NCBI GenBank assembly: GCA_027460585.1
Contig: JAPZAP010000084.1
Location: forward strand, 20,454-44,453
Source: Candidatus Methanoperedens sp.
Lineage (GTDB): Archaea; Halobacteriota; Methanosarcinia; Methanosarcinales; Methanoperedenaceae
Length of the DNA stretch: 24,000 bases
Reading direction: 5' to 3'
Shown: piece by piece, positions 7,184-16,272 of the stretch
Layout of the letters: every line of letters begins with the position of its first letter
Position numbering within the stretch: position 1 is the first letter of the stretch
Notes under the pieces: generated by a model
What the model was told of the DNA's origin: nothing
Database searches by the model: none
What the model saw: only the letters and a program-made list of their open reading frames with translations
Position numbers and translations under genes: made by a program

Positions 7184-8571
7184 TGCTCTCCTCCATATTT
7201 GAGCCTGCTTCAATAGCAGTTGTAGGCGCTTCCAACAATGAAACAAAATGGGGCGGCATGATCCTTAAGAATTTACGCAGCGGATACAAGGGAGCCGTAT
7301 ATGCGGTAAATCCAATGGAGAAAGAGGTGCAGGGTTTGACTTCATATCATTCAATCCTTGATATTCCGGAGGATGTGGAAATGGCTATTACGGCAATCCC
7401 AGCCCAACTGGTACTTGAGGTCGTTGACGAATGCGGGAAAAAAGGAGTAAAAGGGCTTGTTGTATTGACGGCCGGTTTTAGCGAGACCGGGAAAAGTGGT
7501 GGAGAGCTTGAAAAGCAGCTTGTTTCGCTTGTAAGAAAATATGGGATGCGAATGATAGGACCAAACACCCTTGGCATCGTAAATGAGCCTTTCAATCTTA
7601 ACGCAAGCGTTATCGGGAAGCTTCCAAGGCCGGGTCATATCTCTTTTATCACGCAGAGCGGAACACTTGGGCTTGCGATAGCTGACTGGACTATCGATAT
7701 GGGTATCGGGATGTGTAAGATAATAAGCACTGGGAACAAAGCAGATACTGATGATGTTGACCTCATAAAATATCTGGATAACGACTCCTCGACGGGCGTT
7801 ATTGCGATGTATATTGAAGGAATAAACCGGGGAAAGCTGTTTCTTGAGACGGCGCGGCGGATAAAGAAGCCAATTGTCGCGATCAAGACAGGACGGTCTA
7901 AAAGGGGTCAAAAAGCGGTTTTTTCACATACTGGTTCAATAGCAGGTTCAGATGAAATATATTCAGCCGCTTTCAAACAGGCAGGAATTCTCAGGGTTGA
8001 CACCATCGATGAGGTTTTCGATGCTGCTCTTGCTTTCACATGCCAGCCGCTTCCGAGAGGTAATAATGTTGCAATTATTTCAAACGGGGGAGGCGCTTCG
8101 ATCGTCGCTGCGGATGAATGTGAACGGCAGGGGTTGAACATTGTTGATCTTACCCCGGAAACGAGGGATAAAATAAAGGCAGTTATTCCTGAATTTGCCT
8201 CAAGTTCAAATCCTGTCGATACTGCGGGAACCGTTTCGTTTAAAATCTATACCGAGTCGATCAAAGCACTTCTTCGCGATCCTAATGTGGATGCTCTTAT
8301 CGTAATTTATGTGCATACCCAGATGTCAAATGCAATACCGCCTGCCGAGGCAGTTGTGGAAATAAAGCAAAAGTGCACAAAACCCGTGATAGCATGCTGG
8401 ATGGGTGGCTCTGGCACGGAACAGGGTGTGGATATCCTGAAAAGCGGATGTTTGCCCAATTATTCGGTGCCTGAAAGAGCAGTAAAAGCGCTGGCAGCTC
8501 TTGTAAAACACAGGGATTTCCTGGCAAAAACAAAAACAGATGATGCAATGCCAGAAAACCTGGGGGGATAA
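7174..8571 (+). CDS. acdA: ADP-forming acyl/acetyl-CoA synthetase, alpha subunit (CoA-binding plus ligase-CoA domains)
   Basis: 465 aa. It has the N-terminal IAVVGAS..KWG CoA-binding motif and a phosphohistidine-loop-like SHTGSIAG. It overlaps the dehydrogenase stop by 10 nt; an alternative ATG lies at 7183. Confidence 0.85.
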   Translation: MDVMLSSIFEPASIAVVGASNNETKWGGMILKNLRSGYKGAVYAVNPMEKEVQGLTSYHSILDIPEDVEMAITAIPAQLVLEVVDECGKKGVKGLVVLTAGFSETGKSGGELEKQLVSLVRKYGMRMIGPNTLGIVNEPFNLNASVIGKLPRPGHISFITQSGTLGLAIADWTIDMGIGMCKIISTGNKADTDDVDLIKYLDNDSSTGVIAMYIEGINRGKLFLETARRIKKPIVAIKTGRSKRGQKAVFSHTGSIAGSDEIYSAAFKQAGILRVDTIDEVFDAALAFTCQPLPRGNNVAIISNGGGASIVAADECERQGLNIVDLTPETRDKIKAVIPEFASSSNPVDTAGTVSFKIYTESIKALLRDPNVDALIVIYVHTQMSNAIPPAEAVVEIKQKCTKPVIACWMGGSGTEQGVDILKSGCLPNYSVPERAVKALAALVKHRDFLAKTKTDDAMPENLGG

Positions 8572-8573
8572 AG

Positions 8574-9224
8574 ATGAGTTTAGTTCTTACGGAGCATGAG
8601 TCAAAAAAGCTTCTTGCAAAATACGAAATTGCAGTCACAAAAGAGAGCATTGCAAAAAACGCGGATGAAGCTTATGCGATAGCATCACAAATAGGAACAC
8701 CAGTGGCTATGAAAATATCTTCTCCTGATATTTCCCACAAAAGCGATGTGGGCGGCGTGGAACTCAATATCCCGGCCAGTGAAGCGAAAGCGACTTATGA
8801 TAAGATCATATCGAGGATCAAGAAAGCCCTTCCTGATGCGAAGATCGAAGGCATCCTCGTCCAGCAGATGGCGCCGCCCGGTCATGAGATAATCGTGGGT
8901 TTAAAGAAGGATGCACAGTTCGGTCATGCCCTGATGTTCGGTCTTGGCGGCATTTTCGTAGAAGTCTATAAAGATGTTTCATTCAGGGTCGCACCTATTG
9001 GAATAAAAGAAGCGTTGGATATGATTTCTGAGATCAAGGGGTATCCAATTTTAAAAGGCATCCGCGGAAGGAAGCCTGCGGATATTGATGCTATTGCCCG
9101 CGTACTTGTTTCTGTGTCAGAGATGGCGCAGAAAGAGAATATTATCGAGCTTGATATAAATCCTCTTATTGCGGGAGAAACAGGAGCGATAGCGGTGGAT
9201 GCAAGGGCGATGATAGAGGAGTAG
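8574..9224 (+). CDS. acdB: ADP-forming acyl/acetyl-CoA synthetase, beta subunit (ATP-grasp)
   Basis: 216 aa. LTEHESKKLLAKYEI.. and KISSPDISHKSDVGGV are typical of the ACD beta/ATP-grasp_5 domain. It starts 2 nt after acdA. Confidence 0.85.
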   Translation: MSLVLTEHESKKLLAKYEIAVTKESIAKNADEAYAIASQIGTPVAMKISSPDISHKSDVGGVELNIPASEAKATYDKIISRIKKALPDAKIEGILVQQMAPPGHEIIVGLKKDAQFGHALMFGLGGIFVEVYKDVSFRVAPIGIKEALDMISEIKGYPILKGIRGRKPADIDAIARVLVSVSEMAQKENIIELDINPLIAGETGAIAVDARAMIEE

Positions 9225-9225
9225 T

Positions 9226-10833
9226 TCACAGTCTTTTCGTCATGTAAGGACCTTCCCTCACATACCCGAATTTGCGATAATAATCCCGTACGCCAATCCC
9301 GCTTGTTACAGCTATTTTATCATAACCCTCATTTTTTGCCATTTCCTGGGCCCTGGAAAGAAGCTCCTCCCCATATCCCCTGTGCTGCCATTGCGACACT
9401 CCGGCATCTTCACCCGGCGCCACCATGGAACCATAAACATGCAATTCCCGTACAAGCGCTGCACGTTCAAGTTCTGCCCTGTGAGGCGCTGCCGGGAAGC
9501 GAAGCCTCAGGAAACCGATTAACACATCCCGGTCTGCATCTTCATATGAAATGAAATGTTCAATTCCGCCGCATGCCCTGTATTTTTCAACCATCAATTC
9601 GATACTCCCAGGTTTTATCCCTGAAAGCTCCCTGTGCCCCACCTCACGGCACCGAATGCATTTGCATTTTCCCCCCATTTCCTTTAGCCTCTCGTTTGCA
9701 AGCTGCCTGATATTGCTTTTTCGTATCCCTGCAAGCACCTGGTATGCAGGGATATCTCGCTGTATCCTTTGCAGGCGCACCCATTTTGGCAGAATGGATT
9801 TGATCTTTGCAAGTAATTCCACTGCTTCAAGCACTTCAAGAGGGGCATAATTCCCAAGTTCCCACATCCCGTGAAGCCTTGTTCCTTCAGTTACAAGCGT
9901 TGGATATATCTTCAGGTAATCTGGCATGAAGCGCTCGTCTTCGAATAATCTCTTGAACATGCGAAGGTCTGAATCCACACTTGAGCCTGGGAGGCCTGGC
10001 ATCATATGGAATCCCACTTTTAGTCCGCTGTCCCGAAGCCTCATGTTGGCATTTGAGCTCTCTGAAACCGTATGCCCGCGCTGAATACCTGAAAGGATGA
10101 AATCATATGTGCTCTGAACGCCTATTTCAACTTTTGTGGCTCCAAGGTCAAGAATGGTATCGATATGCTCTTTTTTTGTCCAGTCGGGTCTTGTCTCTAT
10201 AGTTATCCCAACATTGCGTACACCGGCGCTTTCGTTAGCTGCCTGGACATCCTCAACTGTTACATATTCCCTGCCTTTTCGCCATTCTGTGCCATCAAAA
10301 TCATTCATGGCCTCGATGCATCGTTTCACGAACCATTCCTGGTAACACAGAGCACGTGATGTATATGTCCCGCCCATTACGATAAGTTCAGCTTTAGCGA
10401 TCGAGTGGCCTATCTGTGATAGTTGTTTTAACCGGGATGAGACCTGCAAATATGGATCAAAATTATTCTCAAAAGCCCGCTTTGCAGCAGGCTCGGCTCC
10501 CATATAACTTTGTGGTGATTGGAATTTCGATTCGATCCCTCCGGGGCAGGGGACGCAAAGGCCGTGAGGACATGGCGCAGGAGATGTCATGGCGGCTATG
10601 ACAGCGACGCCTGAGATCGTACGTACAGGTTTTAAAAGGAGACGTTGGAGAACCTGCTGTTTTTCCTCATCGGTTCTTGCGGCGGCTAGGATTTGGGAAT
10701 TCCCAAGAAGTGATGAAAGTTTATAGCGTATGCTGACGGCCTTTTTTGCTGCGTTTAGAGCTTTTTCTTCTGTGATCTCGTTTCGCAGGAGCTGCTCTAT
10801 GATTTCCCTGGCTGCTGATTCGATGGCGGTCAT
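9226..10833 (-). CDS. elp3: Elp3-type radical-SAM/GNAT tRNA uridine(34) modification enzyme
   Basis: 535 aa. The Cys cluster CPHGLCVPCPGG (C-x4-C-x2-C) is followed by a radical-SAM core and a C-terminal GNAT with QHRGYGEELL. Confidence 0.9.
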   Translation of the reverse strand: MTAIESAAREIIEQLLRNEITEEKALNAAKKAVSIRYKLSSLLGNSQILAAARTDEEKQQVLQRLLLKPVRTISGVAVIAAMTSPAPCPHGLCVPCPGGIESKFQSPQSYMGAEPAAKRAFENNFDPYLQVSSRLKQLSQIGHSIAKAELIVMGGTYTSRALCYQEWFVKRCIEAMNDFDGTEWRKGREYVTVEDVQAANESAGVRNVGITIETRPDWTKKEHIDTILDLGATKVEIGVQSTYDFILSGIQRGHTVSESSNANMRLRDSGLKVGFHMMPGLPGSSVDSDLRMFKRLFEDERFMPDYLKIYPTLVTEGTRLHGMWELGNYAPLEVLEAVELLAKIKSILPKWVRLQRIQRDIPAYQVLAGIRKSNIRQLANERLKEMGGKCKCIRCREVGHRELSGIKPGSIELMVEKYRACGGIEHFISYEDADRDVLIGFLRLRFPAAPHRAELERAALVRELHVYGSMVAPGEDAGVSQWQHRGYGEELLSRAQEMAKNEGYDKIAVTSGIGVRDYYRKFGYVREGPYMTKRL

Positions 10834-10861
10834 GTTTGTCTCTGGTTCTTTCTATAAGCTC

Positions 10862-11317
10862 TCATTTTTCAGGATAATTACCCAGATTAGAAACTATAAA
10901 CTCCATCAATGAATTCAATATAAAATCAGCTTTTTTGATTGCTTCTCTTGCATCATCTTCAACATATTCTCCGGATGGAATCCATATAGGTTTATCCGGT
11001 CGTGAAAAAAGAGGATATCTGGATTTTATTCCTTGAATCTCAAGTTCCCTCGCATAAGTTAAAATTTCAGAAAAAACTTTTTTATCAAAATCATTACTGA
11101 ATTCCTTTTCAAAGAATGCAGTCACTTTGTGTTCCCCTGAGATGATATTTCTGATAGCCAGGCATGATTTTATCGCTTTCTCAGATGATTGATGGGCAAA
11201 ATATATCGCCCTGCTATAAATTCCGTTTTCAAAAAGAAGTTTTGCCGACTTCAAATCAAGTTTTGATTCTGTTAGGAAGGCACTGGCTATTTTTGTGAAA
11301 TCAAACATTAATTTCAC
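10862..11317 (-). CDS. HEPN domain protein (toxin partner of a HEPN-MNT pair)
   Basis: 151 aa. YFAHQSSEKAIKSCLA and the ..SRYP.. motif are characteristic of PF05168-type HEPN domains. It overlaps the upstream MNT gene by 17 nt. Confidence 0.8.
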   Translation of the reverse strand: MKLMFDFTKIASAFLTESKLDLKSAKLLFENGIYSRAIYFAHQSSEKAIKSCLAIRNIISGEHKVTAFFEKEFSNDFDKKVFSEILTYARELEIQGIKSRYPLFSRPDKPIWIPSGEYVEDDAREAIKKADFILNSLMEFIVSNLGNYPEK

Positions 11318-11738
11318 CAGTAATTTTCCATGTATTTATTCCTATTCTGAGAATGTTCCCGCTAATATTTTTTGAATATAAATGGAATAATCTATCTATA
11401 CAAGATTTCCCGTGCAATATTTTAATAGGGTGATCGAAAATGTTCATCATTATTGGATTTACGGAATTTATTGCATCTTCCATTTCCTTTTCAGTGTAGA
11501 GGAGTATGTCAGAAATACCATGTCGATCAAGTTCCAGAATTATATTATCACGCTTGCGCCAGTCTAAAGGGAGATTTTCAGCAAGTACAAGTAAGTCATA
11601 ATCTGAATATTTTCTTGCCATTCCACTGGCGCGGGAGCCAAATAGAACAATGGCTTTCAGGTTATTTCCGAATAACTTTTTAGAAATATTGATGAACGTT
11701 TGTAATGTCTTATCCTCATCTTTAAATTGAGAAATCAT
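11301..11738 (-). CDS. Minimal nucleotidyltransferase (MNT, antitoxin partner)
   Basis: 145 aa. LFGSRASGMARKYSDYDLLVL matches the G-S-x(n)-D-x-D polymerase-beta-fold NTase motif. Confidence 0.85.
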   Translation of the reverse strand: MISQFKDEDKTLQTFINISKKLFGNNLKAIVLFGSRASGMARKYSDYDLLVLAENLPLDWRKRDNIILELDRHGISDILLYTEKEMEDAINSVNPIMMNIFDHPIKILHGKSCIDRLFHLYSKNISGNILRIGINTWKITGEINV

Positions 11739-11862
11739 GAAATCTCCTGGTGCAAATCGATATATGCTAAATTACTTTCTTCATGGCTATATAAAGTATA
11801 TGTACTTATAGATATAAATTTGTTCTCTCTTAGCAATTACTGTTTTCACATTTCATAAGTCG

Positions 11863-13089
11863 TCACTCAAAATCCAACAATGACCTCTGTGGCTCACCAT
11901 TTCTCACACAATTCTTCCCCGCATGATATGCATCTGAACCCGGCAACTCAACCGTACCATACTGACCCCCTCCGCCCGGACACACCTTCACTTTTCCCTC
12001 CTTGAAGGCATTAATAGCGCCGATAACCCGTTCATCGATCCCGGAATTATTGATATCAGCATCTACAAGCACTGCAACCTCAGTCCCGTATTTGTCAATA
12101 AGCGCCTTCCATATCGTCTGGACACCTTTTGTATTTGGGCCAATACCAAGAGCCTTCGCGATTATTTCCGATAGTGGTATTATATGAACATACTTTGGCC
12201 TGTGTGACGGATATTTCGGTTCAGTGTAAGATGCAAGCTCATTGACCCTGTCTTTTACCCCTTTTTTTATTGTTGCGCCACAGGAACATTTCCAGTTTTT
12301 CATGATGCTCTCTCGAATCGTATAATGCCTGAAACACCGGATGCAAGCGCTCTCATTGTATTTTCCTTCTTCCGGCGGCATTCCTACATTCAGGACAGGT
12401 TCTCTTCCCTTTTCCCGGATTATAGCCATTTTAAGCTCATCAAAACTTACATCTTCCATTTTGAACCTGTTGAATTCCCTCGCAAGTTTGTTCACATAAG
12501 GTGAATGGGCATCAGAGTTTGTAAGGAACGTGAGGCATTGAAGCTCGGATATCCTGTCTGCATACGATGTATCAGCGCTAAGCCCCAGTTCTATGAAGTA
12601 AATATGATCTGCCATGTCTCCATAGCATTCTTTAATTGAATTATAATATGCATACATCGCTGTCCAGGGCGTGAAAGCATGCGCCGGACCGATAAGAGCA
12701 CCAGCCGAAATTGCGGCTTCGGCGATCTCTTCCGCGCCAAGTCTCACACCTGGTCTTCCGTCAGAATCGATGTCTTTAGAATGAGGTTTCATGAATTCAT
12801 ATAATTCTTCAGCCTTGGATACCGAAGGGACGATCAGGAGATGATGCACCTGGTTAATATCCTCAACTTCAGTGGTAAGGATAAAATTCATATTGTCCAG
12901 CTTGAAAATCCCGTTCTCTTCTTTTAACTTTTTTATTTCAGCAAGCCATCCGGGATGAAGGCAATCACCAGTGGCAACAAGCTGGATACCTTTCTTCCTT
13001 GATTCGGTTGCTAATGTTGGAAGGTCCATCTTAGGGGATGTTGCCATACTGTATTTTGAATGAATATGAAGGTCTGCGTTAATGAGCAT
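11863..13089 (-). CDS. Endonuclease Q (PHP-domain, Zn-finger-containing DNA repair endonuclease)
   Basis: 408 aa. The N-terminal ADLHIHSKYS PHP motif, internal TNSDAHSP, a CIRCFRHY...CSCG zinc-finger-like Cys cluster and a C-terminal GGGGQYG match the EndoQ layout. Confidence 0.8.
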   Translation of the reverse strand: MLINADLHIHSKYSMATSPKMDLPTLATESRKKGIQLVATGDCLHPGWLAEIKKLKEENGIFKLDNMNFILTTEVEDINQVHHLLIVPSVSKAEELYEFMKPHSKDIDSDGRPGVRLGAEEIAEAAISAGALIGPAHAFTPWTAMYAYYNSIKECYGDMADHIYFIELGLSADTSYADRISELQCLTFLTNSDAHSPYVNKLAREFNRFKMEDVSFDELKMAIIREKGREPVLNVGMPPEEGKYNESACIRCFRHYTIRESIMKNWKCSCGATIKKGVKDRVNELASYTEPKYPSHRPKYVHIIPLSEIIAKALGIGPNTKGVQTIWKALIDKYGTEVAVLVDADINNSGIDERVIGAINAFKEGKVKVCPGGGGQYGTVELPGSDAYHAGKNCVRNGEPQRSLLDFE

Positions 13090-13319
13090 AACTCAAGCTA
13101 ATGAGCTGGAAGGCATATAGGGATTGCGATTGCGCAAAGCTCAGTGATGCCTGTTATCCGAATAAAACGGCTGATACATCACGATTTATGACAGCCATGT
13201 TAATGCTCAGCCGTGTTAATGCTCAGCTTCTAACCTTAGTTGGGCAAAATTCATGGATTACACGGATAGTGCAGATCTTTACAGATACCCGTTTCATCCA
13301 TTAAATCCATTTTCTATTT

Positions 13320-13348
13320 CACGATTTTTCCCTTATCCGATGATGCAT
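13320..13348 (+). repeat. Copy B of the conserved intergenic 29-nt motif (cacgatttttcccttatccgatgatgcat)
   Basis: 26 of 29 nt are identical to 5985-6013. It lies 12 nt beyond the stop of the minus-strand 98-aa gene. Confidence 0.6.
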
Positions 13349-13360
13349 ATATCATGAATA

Positions 13361-13657
13361 TTAACCGAAAATCATTCCCATGCCGCATGCTGCGCTCTCT
13401 TCTTCAGCAACAAATGCGGCAGTTATTATTTTATTTTCCTCTCCAGTGAGTTTCAAAAGTTTCAGCCCTTCTAACATATTTTCTGCGCGGTCGATATCTT
13501 CAGGACTCCCTTTTATGTAAAGGAAAGAGCCCTTGCGTTGCGACCCCATGAGCTTGCATTCTCTTACCGTATATCCAATGCGCTTGAAAAAATCATCTTC
13601 CAATAGGGTTAAAACATCTTTATTTTTGGTATCTTCATAATAATATACTGATTCCAT
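13361..13657 (-). CDS. Small conserved-looking hypothetical protein (98 aa) with a ribosomal-stalk-like C-terminal tail
   Basis: I prefer the internal ATG at 13657 over the track start at 13792. A GAGGA SD sequence lies 6 nt upstream, and the upstream 45 codons look non-coding (AT-rich, odd composition). The C-terminus is EEESAACGMGMIFG. Confidence 0.55.
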   Translation of the reverse strand: MESVYYYEDTKNKDVLTLLEDDFFKRIGYTVRECKLMGSQRKGSFLYIKGSPEDIDRAENMLEGLKLLKLTGEENKIITAAFVAEEESAACGMGMIFG

Positions 13658-13944
13658 AATATTTCCTCTGGGACTTACATGGCAGTAACAGTTAATAAAT
13701 AATTCTGGGAAATGTGCTGGATATTCAAGAGAGTTATGATTCGCGTTGGCAAATTTAAATGATCCAAAATAATGATTTATTTTACGTTTCAATATCTATT
13801 AAAATACAATTTGGTGTTTAATTCAGTATTAACTAATATATTTTAATAATAAACGCATAAATTATTTTTTATTTTAAAAAACGACATTATGGTGATTTAT
13901 TCTTAATCATAGCTTTATTGCTTGGTAATTACATATAAGGGAAT

Positions 13945-14208
13945 ATGATAAGAATAATCGATCAATTCCTTCATGATCTGAAAATTAATGGCACGACAGA
14001 GAAAACCATCACGGAATATAGTAAATTCCTGAAGGGAATCAATAGGATTAAATCGCTCGAAAAGTGGGATAAAACCGATGTAAATAGGTACATTATGGAA
14101 AAGCATAACGAATGTTTAACAGGAACAGTTGTAATTTGCAAAACCAAGATAAAACACTTCTTTACATGGGCAGGCAAATCTGAAATCGTAAGCCATCTTA
14201 ATACTTAA
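13945..14208 (+). pseudogene. Tyrosine recombinase/integrase fragment, N-terminal SAM-like core-binding domain only
   Basis: 87 aa. FL.DL...G.TEKTI.EY..FLK......DV.RYI......TG.VVICKTKIKHFF.W has the phage-integrase N-terminal domain pattern. No catalytic domain follows. Out-of-frame residues after the stop (..IILTIEAIN..) resemble the linker. The convergent gene begins at 14263. Confidence 0.45.
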
Positions 14209-14262
14209 ATACCTGCGAATAACCTTTGCAGGTCAGATAATTCTGACGATTGAAGCTATAAA

Positions 14263-16218
14263 TCACGATTTCGGCTTTGAAAATAGCACCACCCTGTATT
14301 CTGAGGGTGCACGGTCCATCTTCCTGAATAAAATGTAATCCAAGGTAATGTCTGATGGTTTGAACCAGTACCATGACATCTTTGCGCTGTCAAGCCTATC
14401 ATAATCTGAGTGCAGGTTTTGTTTCGCTATAATAGCATCGGAGTCATTTCCATCTCCATCATGAACTATTATCAAAGGGGCATCAAGCGTTGAATCGACA
14501 TTTACCCTCCATTGGACTCTGTCAAAATGCCGTAAATACCAGAGGAACTGTGTCTCAAGCTCACCATCGGTGATCTGAATATCAGTAGAATTGCCCTGGT
14601 ATTGTAACGAGACTTCATTTATTTTCTCAAGTAACAGTGAAAATTTCTGGGGTGGCTGAGAAGCCTGGATAAGAGGTTCAGCCGGATCTGTATAGCGATA
14701 AAAGTTCAATCCCACACTTGAATATATAAAAAAAGATGCTGCTATTATGATTAGACTTGTCCTGATAATTCCATTATGGGACTTGAAATTCATTCCCGAA
14801 AGAATTTCACATAAATAAACAGCCGCAATTATCAAAAGTGGAAGTAGTGGATTAAGGACAAGCCATGGGACTTTTTCCTGGATATATGAATATACAACGA
14901 AATTAGTAAGAGCCCAATAAACAAGGAAACTGAGAAACAAATTACTTGATCGTAGAACCGTTATGATCGCATAAATCAATAAAGGCAAGTAGATTATAAT
15001 TGAATCGGGAATATATGTGATCGGTAAGAACCTGCCTGTATCCGGATAAATAGATTTCAAATAATACATTATATCCATTATTATCCAATAACTTAGAATC
15101 GCGATCAGGATCCTCTCATTCTTTTTTTGAATGCCACCGTAATGAGCAATTCCCAGAATACCTAAAATAAATATTGGAAGTTCATATAAGGCCATTATCG
15201 GCAGATAGAAAAAGAACGGTCCTGCCATTCGCTCTATCTTGTGCATTTCGTACCAGTGGGATATCGCTTTCATGAACGCATCTGTCATACCATGAAGATC
15301 AAGGAAATTTCCGGTATAATACATTGAAAAAAAGATCGCAAAAACAAAAATGAACAATATAACTTCGGTAAATACAACAATAACAGCGTTATCAAGAGAC
15401 TTTATTTTTCCAATTAATCCTATATAGCATTTTTCCTTTATGAATAAAAGAAACAGGAAAAAGCCTATCAATGCCATTGCGACATAGGCGTTCTCTTTTA
15501 GCGCTGCAAGAGATGCAAGCGCGAGAGCAGAAATGATAAGATAGACGACTTTGCGGACAGGATAACCGCCATTAATTAACAATATAAAGCATAATGCCAA
15601 CAATGCAATTGAAACATAAGTCAATCCTCTGAATGTTAATAATAATGAAAGTTTAAGAAAAACTGCGGGGATAACCCATGAAGCTGCGATTAATATAATG
15701 AGGAAGATCACCGTTAATAAATAGTGTCTTTTTTGGGTAATTCTCTCATTTGAATAATCCCCGGCAAATTTTATGGCGCATACAAATAATAACAGGGAAA
15801 AAAATGATATGAAAATATCCTCCCTGTAGAAACGGGAATAATATAAGAACGATGGCGAGAGAGCAAGGAAAAAAGCCGCAATGAGTATTCCTTTCTTGCC
15901 GAGATATTTTTGAAGGGGTAGCAAAAAGAATAACATGGCAGAACCAAGTATCGCGGGTAGAAGACGTGCAGAGTAAATGGAGTCCCCAAATCTTTTAAAT
16001 ATTTCCGTGGTCGCATAATACATAAAAGGCCCATGGAAAGCAGGGTCGTAATTATAGATATGATCATTGAATAACTTATACGTAAAATAGCCTACAGCAG
16101 CCTCATCATGATGGAAGACCCTTTCATCAAGCCTGTAGAATCTTAACAAAAATGCAATGGCTACAAGAAGAAAAAAACCAGTGTAAAAAGCAAAGTTTTT
16201 TTTATTCATCCAGTTCAA
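14263..16218 (-). CDS. Polytopic membrane protein, TIGR03663/Agl23-like (GT-C/PMT_2-like glycosylation-associated family)
   Basis: 651 aa with many hydrophobic segments. The N-terminal RFYRLDERVFHHDEA......YDPAFHGPFMYY matches the family signature I recall. The C-terminal roughly 170 aa are soluble. Confidence 0.6.
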   Translation of the reverse strand: MNWMNKKNFAFYTGFFLLVAIAFLLRFYRLDERVFHHDEAAVGYFTYKLFNDHIYNYDPAFHGPFMYYATTEIFKRFGDSIYSARLLPAILGSAMLFFLLPLQKYLGKKGILIAAFFLALSPSFLYYSRFYREDIFISFFSLLLFVCAIKFAGDYSNERITQKRHYLLTVIFLIILIAASWVIPAVFLKLSLLLTFRGLTYVSIALLALCFILLINGGYPVRKVVYLIISALALASLAALKENAYVAMALIGFFLFLLFIKEKCYIGLIGKIKSLDNAVIVVFTEVILFIFVFAIFFSMYYTGNFLDLHGMTDAFMKAISHWYEMHKIERMAGPFFFYLPIMALYELPIFILGILGIAHYGGIQKKNERILIAILSYWIIMDIMYYLKSIYPDTGRFLPITYIPDSIIIYLPLLIYAIITVLRSSNLFLSFLVYWALTNFVVYSYIQEKVPWLVLNPLLPLLIIAAVYLCEILSGMNFKSHNGIIRTSLIIIAASFFIYSSVGLNFYRYTDPAEPLIQASQPPQKFSLLLEKINEVSLQYQGNSTDIQITDGELETQFLWYLRHFDRVQWRVNVDSTLDAPLIIVHDGDGNDSDAIIAKQNLHSDYDRLDSAKMSWYWFKPSDITLDYILFRKMDRAPSEYRVVLFSKPKS

Positions 16219-16272
16219 GATAGTCTAAACTTATTCATAGCATTTATGGTTCTGAAAAGACATTCTCATGGC

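Noticed and set aside
13101-13304. A 67-aa ORF and a 14-nt tandem duplication (tgttaatgctcagc at 13198-13211 and 13214-13227) in the endoQ-upstream intergenic region.
   Set aside because: The ORF has no SD sequence or motif and spans the duplication, which looks like a simple slippage event. There are only two copies, too few to call a repeat array.
13658-13792. The upstream 45 codons of the track ORF 13361-13792 (start MKRKINHYFGSF...).
   Set aside because: The composition and sequence look non-coding, and a strong GAGGA SD sequence precedes the internal ATG at 13657. I therefore call the shorter CDS.
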